This document shows positions 40,200 to 48,223 of a stretch of DNA of 64,000 nt, in pieces (positions within the stretch are counted from its first letter, which is position 1; each line of letters starts with the position of its first letter). The position numbers and the translations under genes are program-made. The notes under the pieces are model-generated. The model did no database searches. It saw only the letters and a program-made list of their open reading frames with translations, and was not told where the DNA came from. The stretch lies in NCBI GenBank assembly GCA_019352195.1, contig JACAFG010000003.1, positions 64,956 through 128,955 on the forward strand. The letters run 5' to 3'. The stretch is from Candidatus Saccharimonadota bacterium. GTDB lineage: Bacteria; Patescibacteriota; Saccharimonadia; UBA4664.

Positions 40200-41058
40200 T
40201 GCGCACCTTGAAGCATTTCTATCTCACCTCGTGCAGGGTCGCGGTTTATCCGTTGCCACCCAAGCGGCCTATCGTTTCGAGTTAAGCAGATTCATTACGT
40301 TCGTAATGGATTCGGGAGTTGACGACCCCACGCTCGTAACATCAAACAGTATTGCGGATTACCTAGAGGGCATGACTGTAGCCCCTCCGACAAAGGCTCG
40401 TGCGAGAAGTGCAATAAAGTCGTTCTTTAGTTACCTTATCAAGCGCAAAGTGGTGGTGCTCGACCCCACGGTAAATCTCGACACTATCAAACTACCCATC
40501 AAGAGAAGCCCTTACCTTGTGAGGCGTGATTGGGAGCGCCTGTTAGCCGTGATTGAACAATCTGCCACCCCATACTTTCGCCAGCGCGACCTAACCTTGG
40601 TTCAGCTATTATTGATGACGGGGTTACGCCGTGGGGAAGTAGTGCGGCTCAAAGTGCAGGATATAGACCTCGACGAACTTATTATTCTCGTTACCCGCAA
40701 AGGTGGCTCAGAGGGCGTTGTGCCAATCCACCCTGAGCTTGCCAAGACACTCAGAGTGTATCTAGCGGGTACGATGGGCAAGCCGCATGAAGCACTGTTT
40801 ATGAGTAAACTTGGCAGCGCGTTATCGGCTGCTTCGGTCTGGCATATCGTTAAGCACTATGCAGGGCTAGCCGAATTGGATAGCAAATTAACTGTTCATA
40901 GCCTACGCCACAGCTTCGCGAGCCACCTGCTAGACCAAAACGTCGCACTCCCCCATATCCAAGGATTGCTCGGACACCGCAGCCCAGCCACGACAAGCAG
41001 GTACGTACACTTCAATAATCGTCAATTAGCGGCAGCTTTAACGAGCGTTAACTTCTAG
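40156..41058 (+). CDS. Tyrosine recombinase/integrase (XerC/D-like)
   Basis: C-terminal catalytic R...HxxR...Y (HSLRHSFASHLL...TTSRYVH). The likely start is the ATG at 40192, overlapping the xis stop. Confidence 0.9.
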   Translation: MPCKSSRQRATAMLNAHLEAFLSHLVQGRGLSVATQAAYRFELSRFITFVMDSGVDDPTLVTSNSIADYLEGMTVAPPTKARARSAIKSFFSYLIKRKVVVLDPTVNLDTIKLPIKRSPYLVRRDWERLLAVIEQSATPYFRQRDLTLVQLLLMTGLRRGEVVRLKVQDIDLDELIILVTRKGGSEGVVPIHPELAKTLRVYLAGTMGKPHEALFMSKLGSALSAASVWHIVKHYAGLAELDSKLTVHSLRHSFASHLLDQNVALPHIQGLLGHRSPATTSRYVHFNNRQLAAALTSVNF

Positions 41059-41328
41059 CTATAAATTGTTGAATAGCTCTTCGACCTTGATGCCCAGCGC
41101 CTTAGCTAGTCGGTACATCGTCGTAACAGTTGGCCTACGTAAGCCAGTTTCAATGTTTGCAATTGCTACGCGGTCAACACCTGCAGTATCGGCAAGCCGC
41201 TCTTGAGTTAAGCCTTTTTCGCGCCGCAAATCAGCTAGCCGCTTGGCTACGCTATTCAGAAAGGCTTTTTCATCTTGGTGTTCCATTGCCCAAGCATAGG
41301 AATAACCCAGATAGGTGGACATAATCAT
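41059..41328 (-). CDS. XRE-family HTH regulator
   Basis: KGLTQERLADTAGVDRVAIANIETG is a canonical XRE HTH. Confidence 0.8.
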   Translation of the reverse strand: MIMSTYLGYSYAWAMEHQDEKAFLNSVAKRLADLRREKGLTQERLADTAGVDRVAIANIETGLRRPTVTTMYRLAKALGIKVEELFNNL

Positions 41329-41393
41329 TTGATTACAGAGCCATTATCGTGTTCTAATGTGTGTAATCAAATGATTAAGGAGTTTTAACACCC

Positions 41394-41906
41394 GTGAAGA
41401 AGTGTTCCTCATGCCAAACCGAAATAGATGACAAGGCTAAGAAATGCCCAAACTGTAAATCTGACCAGCGCAATTGGTTCATGAAGCACAAAATCATGTC
41501 GACAATTCTCGTTCTCATCGTAATTGGCGTTATTGCCAGCGCGGCTGGTGGTTCCAAGAAAGCCGCAACAAGTGGCACGGGCGGTACAGCACAGCCGCAG
41601 ACGGCAACAGTTGTTGACGTAAAAGCATTCGGTGACGAATTTGATGCTAACCAGGTCGCCGCTGAGAACAAGTACAAGAACAAGCTCGTACAGTTCACCG
41701 CTCCTATTTCGAACATCACAGATACGGGCCTTTCGTTTCAGAACGTAACCTCAAAAGAGTTTTCGACCACTCAAATTAGCTGCAACATCAGCGACAAGAA
41801 CTCGGTTCTTTCACTAAAGAACGGCGAGAGTGCAACCGTAAAAGGCACGGTGACAGGCCAAACCATTGGCGTTATCGAACTCAACGATTGCTCTATCGTT
41901 AAATAG
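41394..41906 (+). CDS. Zinc-ribbon (CxxC...CxxC) membrane-anchored protein with an extracytoplasmic domain
   Basis: N-terminal CSSCQTEIDDKAKKCPNC, a TM helix, then a ~100-aa domain. Confidence 0.55.
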   Translation: MKKCSSCQTEIDDKAKKCPNCKSDQRNWFMKHKIMSTILVLIVIGVIASAAGGSKKAATSGTGGTAQPQTATVVDVKAFGDEFDANQVAAENKYKNKLVQFTAPISNITDTGLSFQNVTSKEFSTTQISCNISDKNSVLSLKNGESATVKGTVTGQTIGVIELNDCSIVK

Positions 41907-41951
41907 CATAATCAACCAGCAGCATCGGACGTTTAGAAAGGGGATGAAATT

Positions 41952-42446
41952 GTGGCATTAACGAAGCGACAATACATTTTTACTGCTTGTGCAGTCGCCA
42001 TACTTGCGTTTGCTGGCTTAGCCTTTAGCGGTCATATACCGTCCTCGCCTTTGCGTACTAGCTATAGCCTCGACAATCCCGCTGCGTCTGGTCCAGATTC
42101 ACGTGCATTCACGGCTAGCGTAACTAGCCCTACACCAAGTCCGTCTGCTAGCATTGACCAAACCGCACCAGCTCCCGCAGGAGGCATTCTAGGTGCTAAA
42201 ACGACTCCGAGTAACCCTAACGCTTCGGGCTTACAAGCTGGAAGCGTAATTGTGCCTAACCCAACCCCAACTCCAGCGCCGACACCAGCACCCACCAGCT
42301 ACACTCGTGAAGAGTTTAAGAACACGAACCCACCTCAGGGGGTTTATTATCTCTGTGGCGACACCTATCAAACGACGACCTGCGACCCTGGCTTGCAGCT
42401 CGTCCCCAGTAACCCTGACCCTAATGACACCACAGTTCAGAAGTAG
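41952..42446 (+). CDS. Secreted/anchored Pro/Thr/Ser-rich low-complexity protein
   Basis: GTG start. Signal-anchor followed by PTPTPAPTPAPT repeats. Confidence 0.45.
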   Translation: MALTKRQYIFTACAVAILAFAGLAFSGHIPSSPLRTSYSLDNPAASGPDSRAFTASVTSPTPSPSASIDQTAPAPAGGILGAKTTPSNPNASGLQAGSVIVPNPTPTPAPTPAPTSYTREEFKNTNPPQGVYYLCGDTYQTTTCDPGLQLVPSNPDPNDTTVQK

Positions 42447-42643
42447 GCACGTCCAAGCGGGACAATAAAGTAATATAGGCCCACCGGCCTTGCTTTCCAT
42501 CACAGCCCACTCCCGCCAACTAACCTATAGCTTATAGGGTCACAAACAAAAACGCCTACCCCGAAAAAACTAGGTAGCATTTTTCGAAAAGAGCAAAAAA
42601 TTTTCCCGCATTTTTTTTGAAATTCTACGCAGGTCGAACCTGT

Positions 42644-43567
42644 TTAAATAGCGAGGTCGAGCGGTAGGTCGCTAATATCTTTTAGGCGCTTACCCTCAAC
42701 CATGATATTCATTAGCTCAATTGAATCTTCGTTTCCAAGCGACTTGACCGCTTCCATCAACTCATAGAGAGCAAAGTGATAAACGCAATCAATATCGCCA
42801 GTACCCAGAGCTAGGGATGAAAGCCGACTAGGCAGCGGTTCGCCGGTAACGACCATGATATGCGGCAAATTGCCTTTGCGGTTGCGGATTAGATTTAACG
42901 CCTCAGACCGGCTATTCTGCGCTCTATCCGAACGCATTGTCCATTTGGCAGAAATCGAAGCGTGAAGCAGAGCCTCACCGCCGTTGCTCTTTCGTAAATC
43001 TGCCCTCAATGAAACAGAATCATCAACTAATTTTTCGTCGCTATTTATTTCTTCATCGGTTACCAGCTCGCGGGATATAACAATGTCGGGTGTAATTGTG
43101 TAGTCGCGTCCAAGGGCAACTGCTAAATCGGGATTGGTCATAGCCGCCTCTTTGAGGGCGATTAAATGCTTGTACTGCTCAAAACCCGCAATACCCTTAA
43201 CGCTCTTGTTGCCTATTTTTGAGATGGTAAATTCGCCTGGCCGTAGGCTGCCAAGGTGATGGAACGTAGCCTTTACAAAACTCGCGACAATTTCTTCAAA
43301 TTGACTACCACTTGTTTGCCCTGCAAGCTTCTCGTGTGTTTCAGACACAAGAAATTTAGCAATGTGTCCCGCGATTGCGATACTAGCCCCGTTTCCTTTG
43401 TCAGCATTTGAGGCAACCCCGTTCTCATCTATCGACAGGATTGTTTCAAGCAGCCGAGCGTGAAAGTTTTTCCGCTCACGAGCAATTAACACTTGCTCGT
43501 CTATGTTAGTCATTGGGACTTTGGGTATTTTCGGCATATTCTCGTCAGGTACTAAAGCGTCAGACAT
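42644..43567 (-). CDS. Type II restriction endonuclease (partner of the upstream m5C methyltransferase)
   Basis: Overlaps the methyltransferase stop by 8 nt. 307 aa with a PD...E-x-K-like segment. Family not assignable. Confidence 0.6.
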   Translation of the reverse strand: MSDALVPDENMPKIPKVPMTNIDEQVLIARERKNFHARLLETILSIDENGVASNADKGNGASIAIAGHIAKFLVSETHEKLAGQTSGSQFEEIVASFVKATFHHLGSLRPGEFTISKIGNKSVKGIAGFEQYKHLIALKEAAMTNPDLAVALGRDYTITPDIVISRELVTDEEINSDEKLVDDSVSLRADLRKSNGGEALLHASISAKWTMRSDRAQNSRSEALNLIRNRKGNLPHIMVVTGEPLPSRLSSLALGTGDIDCVYHFALYELMEAVKSLGNEDSIELMNIMVEGKRLKDISDLPLDLAI

Positions 43568-44555
43568 TACTTACTTCCTTTACTGTATTTAGTTTAACTG
43601 CACTAGCATCTTCCGACGCGTAGATAGCATCGGCAATCGCTTCTCCAACCGCTCGCGCAACTGGCGGCGGGAAAGCATTACCAATCTGGCGATAGGCGGC
43701 AGTTTTGCGACCTGCGAACAGCCATTCGTCAGGAAAGCCCTGAACACGAGCAGCCATCCGAACTGTAAGCTTCGGCAGCCCCTCATGGCCGATTCCTGGA
43801 ATGTCATCACTAATTCCCTTGCCGTTAACGCCCAACAACTCCCAAGCTGCTTTAGCTCGTGTAGGGCCGAGGTCAGGGCCGCCATGCTTTTTACTTCCGC
43901 CAACCAATGTAGGCGCAACTTTGTTAGCGAGCAAACGCCATTCGTCGGCTTTCTCCCAACCTTGGCTTGCCATCAAATCATGCAATGCCTCGCCTACCGT
44001 AACTTGCTTCGAATTGCCTATCGGCCATACAAAATACGGGAATATTTCTTTTTTTAGTGCCACCAATATAGCGCGGGGGCGAAGCTGCGGAACCCCAAAA
44101 TCTGAGGCGTTTAAAAGCTTCCACTCGCCCTGGTAGCCCATCTCATCAAGCTTATCGAGAATCTCTTTTCGATAGTCTATGAATCCTTTCGACATAAGCC
44201 CTTTGACGTTTTCGAGTAATACGGCACGAGGGTTTAATTCAGATACGAGGCGTAGGGCTGAGGGGAATAAATCTCTTTCGTCATCTGCGCCGAGCTGTTT
44301 TCCTGCAACAGAAAAGGGAGGGCATGGAACGCCGCCAGCAAACAAATCTACTCCCTCATATCCTTTGCCAGACATCTTTTTAACATCTGCAACAACAACA
44401 TTCCATTCCGGTCTGTTGAGAAGCAATGTTTCGCAGAATTGTGGCTCAATCTCGGCAACTAAAGTATGCTCGAAACCCGCAAGCTCCAAGCCTAGTGCTT
44501 GGCCGCCAGCCCCTGCACAAATCTCGATAGATGTTAATTTCTTCCTCTTTGCCAT
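43560..44555 (-). CDS. DNA (cytosine-5)-methyltransferase
   Basis: Motif I (CAGAGG), PC motif GGVPCPPFS, ENV motif LLENVKG. Confidence 0.9.
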   Translation of the reverse strand: MAKRKKLTSIEICAGAGGQALGLELAGFEHTLVAEIEPQFCETLLLNRPEWNVVVADVKKMSGKGYEGVDLFAGGVPCPPFSVAGKQLGADDERDLFPSALRLVSELNPRAVLLENVKGLMSKGFIDYRKEILDKLDEMGYQGEWKLLNASDFGVPQLRPRAILVALKKEIFPYFVWPIGNSKQVTVGEALHDLMASQGWEKADEWRLLANKVAPTLVGGSKKHGGPDLGPTRAKAAWELLGVNGKGISDDIPGIGHEGLPKLTVRMAARVQGFPDEWLFAGRKTAAYRQIGNAFPPPVARAVGEAIADAIYASEDASAVKLNTVKEVSNV

Positions 44556-44870
44556 ACTCCCCTTGCCTTTCGTTCGATTATACAGAGCATCTATCAGATA
44601 TGAAATGCCTATGCTTATGTTCGGTATGTGTACGGTATACTATACCACTCGCGCAACAATTGCGAGTCAGTTCAATGACTGATGCCGAGGTTGCCCTCAA
44701 TCTCTATTCTGAGCCATTTAGGGCCTACTAGAGGGCTTCTAAGCGGGTGGGCGATACTTTACCGGTTGACGGCACAACGAGGCTGTGTGACAGCTCTACA
44801 CACATTGCACGTTTCAGGCCGTCACTGATAGCGTCACCAAACTCAAAAGTGGGCCTACGGCCGGTAGGCT

Positions 44871-45080
44871 GTGATTATGTCGAGCCAAGTAACATTACCT
44901 AAAGAGAACGCCCCCAAGCTCAATCCAGTTATTGAGCTTGCTCGTCAAGCCGACATGGACGAGGCGGCTATTTGGGATGATTTTATTGAACTTCTGAAAT
45001 CTATTGATGCGGAGACTCCGCTGGCAAAACTGAACGAATCCACAATTATTGACAGAGACGGTGAGCGTATCGAGCTGTAG
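44871..45080 (+). CDS. Small hypothetical protein (69 aa), possibly a recombination directionality factor/regulator
   Basis: Position immediately upstream of the serine recombinase only. Confidence 0.3.
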   Translation: MIMSSQVTLPKENAPKLNPVIELARQADMDEAAIWDDFIELLKSIDAETPLAKLNESTIIDRDGERIEL

Positions 45081-45106
45081 GTTGGTTTAAGTGTTAAAAT
45101 TTTACC

Positions 45107-46696
45107 ATGTTAAGCCAAGAACCAGTAGACCTTACAAAACTTCGTTATGTACTTTATGCCCGTAAATCGACGGATGATAATAACCGCCAGGTTCGGTCTG
45201 TTCCCGACCAAATTAGAGATTGCCAGAAACTGGCAGATAGCATGGGGCTACGGGTTGTTAATATTATCCGAGAGAAAAAATCGGCTAAAAAGCCCAAAGA
45301 ACGAACCGAATTTACGCAGATGCTGCGTGACCTAGAAGCAAAGAAGTACGATGGGATTTTGTGCTGGCATCCAGACCGACTATGCCGCAATATGCTCGAA
45401 GGCGGCGAAATCATCAATATGCTTGATGAGGGGGTAATCAAGGATATTAGGTTTCATAGTCATCAATTTAGCAACGATGCCAATGGCAAGATGCTACTCG
45501 GTATGTTATTCGTCTTCTCGAAACAATATTCCGACGACCTTTCAGCAAAGGTAAGCCGAGGGGTTCAGGGCAACTTTGTTGAGGGTAAATCATCAGGAAC
45601 ACCAAAATGGGGCTACGACCGCGAAGATACCACAGGGCTTTACGAGCCGAACGATTCATTTGATTTGATTACTGAGGCTTGGAAAAGACGTGCGAGCGGC
45701 CAGACGCTTCAGCAAATTTTAGATTTTCTCCTTGAGAGCGGCTATCAACGAGTAACTAAAGATAAGCGCCACCGCATTATCAAGCCAAATATTAACGCGC
45801 TGAGCATACTGTTTCGTGACCCGTTCTATTATGGGAAGTTAATCCAGGCAAATCAGGAAGTTGACCTGCGTGAAATATATAACTTTGAAGCGATGATAGA
45901 TGAGGCGACTTTTAACGCTGTGCAGGTGATTGGTTATGGCAGGACGCAAGATGTCCACCCCAAGAAACGAGCGACTTTCTATCCGCTACATCGCTTTGTT
46001 TATTGTGCCATCTGCAATGACCCTAAGCCTATGTCTGTTGGGAAGAATAGAAATGGCAGCGGTCAGCACGTTCTGTCGTATCGTTGCGATAACCCTACCT
46101 GCACTCGCAAGCCCAAATCTATGAGGGCGAAAAATATCTTCAGCTCAATATATGTGATGTTAGAACGGTTTGAGCTGTCAGACGATGCCTACGACCGCTA
46201 CAGCCGCAGTATAGATAGTATGACCGACTCAAAGCTCGTGCGGCTCAAGCAGGACATACTGAGCCGTAGAGGAGCCTTAACGCACATCAAGAGCGAGCTT
46301 AGTGAACGAGCTTTGAAAATCGGACTAATTGATACCGACTCACCCACCTATAAAATTAACGAGAAACGTGTGAACGAGCTTGCCTTGCAACAGGGGGAGC
46401 TTGAAGATGCGATTAGCAGGATTCAAGAAAAGATTGTCGACCCCCAACGAATCAAGCTAGGCAAAGTTGAGTTTTTGAACTTGGTAAAAAACGCCTCTGC
46501 CAAGCTTAAAGCTGGGTCTGCCGTCGAGAAAGACGCACTATGCCGAATTTTGTTCTTGAACGTACGAGTTGATAGCGAAAAAGTGGTCGATTATATCTGG
46601 AGGGAGCCTTTTGCTAGTCTCGTAAAAGTAGTTGAATTATCAATTGGTGCGGATGATAGGAATCGAACCTACACGTCTTGCGACACCAGTACCTAA
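45107..46696 (+). CDS. Large serine recombinase (integrase)
   Basis: N-terminal resolvase catalytic motif YARKSTDD...R. 529 aa. The 3' end overlaps the tRNA-Leu 3' half by about 50 nt. Confidence 0.88.
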   Translation: MLSQEPVDLTKLRYVLYARKSTDDNNRQVRSVPDQIRDCQKLADSMGLRVVNIIREKKSAKKPKERTEFTQMLRDLEAKKYDGILCWHPDRLCRNMLEGGEIINMLDEGVIKDIRFHSHQFSNDANGKMLLGMLFVFSKQYSDDLSAKVSRGVQGNFVEGKSSGTPKWGYDREDTTGLYEPNDSFDLITEAWKRRASGQTLQQILDFLLESGYQRVTKDKRHRIIKPNINALSILFRDPFYYGKLIQANQEVDLREIYNFEAMIDEATFNAVQVIGYGRTQDVHPKKRATFYPLHRFVYCAICNDPKPMSVGKNRNGSGQHVLSYRCDNPTCTRKPKSMRAKNIFSSIYVMLERFELSDDAYDRYSRSIDSMTDSKLVRLKQDILSRRGALTHIKSELSERALKIGLIDTDSPTYKINEKRVNELALQQGELEDAISRIQEKIVDPQRIKLGKVEFLNLVKNASAKLKAGSAVEKDALCRILFLNVRVDSEKVVDYIWREPFASLVKVVELSIGADDRNRTYTSCDTST

Positions 46697-46728
46697 AACT
46701 GGCGTGTCTACCATTTCACCACATCCGC
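46645..46728 (-). tRNA. tRNA-Leu (anticodon TAG), type II with long variable arm, CCA encoded
   Basis: Manual fold: GCGGATG acceptor, GTGGTGAAATGGTAGACAC D-arm, anticodon loop TTTAGGT, variable hairpin GTC-GCAA-GAC, T-loop TTCGATT. Confidence 0.8.
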
Positions 46729-46797
46729 AGGCGTTGTGACTTAGCTATTATACCGATGCTGGGGCAAAACATAAGCCTAAGTTTGAGTCTCGGTATG

Positions 46798-47343
46798 CTA
46801 GGCGGCGGGGCGACAGTAAAAACTTAGCGCAGTGTCACCGTAGACTTTGGCTTTCACGAGCTCGGCGGCGGCCAAATGGGGGCTGGTTTGTTTTGAGGTA
46901 TGCGATACTACCAAGACACCGTCGGCGACCAAAAAACCAATGAGCCGCTCCAGCAGGTCGGGCTCCAGGCTGGCATATGGTGGGTCGGCGATGATGAGAT
47001 CGTAACGCGGCGTCGGTTCGTTGCCGGGACGCGCCAGCCATGAGGCTAGAGTTACAATGCGCAGGCTATAACCCCAATCGTAGCCGAGCGTTACGGCATT
47101 TTGTTCGATAACCCGTCCCACGCGCGCGTTCGCCTCAATGGCCTCGACTTGGGACGCCCCGCGTGAGAGCGCCTCAAACCCCGCCGCGCCACTGCCGGCG
47201 TAGACATCGAGTACACTTCTTGCCTCTACTGAGCCATACACATCGAAAATGGCGGCTCGTACTTTGTCGCTTAATGGCCGCGTTCCTGAGGTTGGTGGCT
47301 GCAAAAAGCTGTGCCCACGCTGGGCACCAGCAAGGATTTTCAT
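46798..47343 (-). CDS. rsmD: 16S rRNA (guanine966-N2)-methyltransferase
   Basis: DPPY motif (IIADPPYAS) and an N-terminal SAM-binding region. 181 aa. Confidence 0.85.
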   Translation of the reverse strand: MKILAGAQRGHSFLQPPTSGTRPLSDKVRAAIFDVYGSVEARSVLDVYAGSGAAGFEALSRGASQVEAIEANARVGRVIEQNAVTLGYDWGYSLRIVTLASWLARPGNEPTPRYDLIIADPPYASLEPDLLERLIGFLVADGVLVVSHTSKQTSPHLAAAELVKAKVYGDTALSFYCRPAA

Positions 47344-48155
47344 GACTTTTCGGCGGCGGCCGACGCGTCGAGCGCCAGTTCTTCACCCGCTTCTAACACG
47401 GCCAAGAGCCAAATCATACCTATAGTACGCGCGGTGAGCGGAGCGATCTGATTTTTGAGGGCGTTAAGGATTTCGGGGCTCCACCCCTGGACATAAAAGC
47501 GTTCGTACAAATCCAGCGCGGCAATGTTGCGGGCTTCAGCTTTAAAATATTCCAGCGCACCGAGCTGACGGGCTTTGGCGAGTTCATCGTCGGAGTAGGT
47601 GGCGCGAATAGGGTAACTCATAAGCGCCAAGGCAATGCCGCTTTCAAAGTAGAAATGCGTCGACATATGGCCTTTTACACCCCAAACGGCCCAGTATTTT
47701 TTGAGCGTAGCGGTAAATCGACTGGTGTCGGCGGCAATGTCATCGAGGGCGTCGCTGGCGGCCTCCGCCACTTTGGCCTCCAAGGGCCAGTGATGGGCCG
47801 GAGTGAGGCCATCGCAGATGTAGTGGGCTAACCACGAGGCCTCAAAGGCGCCACGAATACGGTCACCGGCTTGAATTGAACGCACCAAACCCGCGTAGTG
47901 GTTGGTAATGTGGAGCGGTACCTCGCCCTTATCATTAATCGGATCATAGAGGTGGCTGGGCTCGTTAACCCCGGGTGACTTAACTTTGAGCCCGTCGGGG
48001 CCATTGTAGCCTTCGAAATACACGATGTCTTTGAGCGTCGGAAAACCATGGGTCGGCAAATATCGCGCGATCATGTGAAAAGCGGCGGTGTCAAAACGCT
48101 GGTGGATGCCGACGCGGTTGATAACACGATGAGGAGTAACAAAACCTGAGTTCAT
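47340..48155 (-). CDS. Zinc-dependent phospholipase C / S1-P1 nuclease superfamily-like protein
   Basis: HYICDGLTPAHH matches the HYxxDxxxPxH zinc-ligand block. THFYFE. Family-level assignment only. Confidence 0.45.
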   Translation of the reverse strand: MNSGFVTPHRVINRVGIHQRFDTAAFHMIARYLPTHGFPTLKDIVYFEGYNGPDGLKVKSPGVNEPSHLYDPINDKGEVPLHITNHYAGLVRSIQAGDRIRGAFEASWLAHYICDGLTPAHHWPLEAKVAEAASDALDDIAADTSRFTATLKKYWAVWGVKGHMSTHFYFESGIALALMSYPIRATYSDDELAKARQLGALEYFKAEARNIAALDLYERFYVQGWSPEILNALKNQIAPLTARTIGMIWLLAVLEAGEELALDASAAAEKS

Positions 48156-48223
48156 ATCTGAGTACTAGCTTACCATGGACGCGCGTCGCGAACTTATATT
48201 TAGCTATTGAATTTTTCAGTTGC

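Larger units (their letters stand above)
32090..46728. mobile_element. Integrated genomic island(s) at tRNA-Leu: low-GC region with a serine integrase, tyrosine integrase + xis, TA modules, an R-M system and XRE regulators. Left boundary uncertain.
   Basis: Abrupt GC drop to about 45% relative to flanks. Integrase adjacent to and overlapping the tRNA 3' end. Cargo typical of defense islands. Confidence 0.6.
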
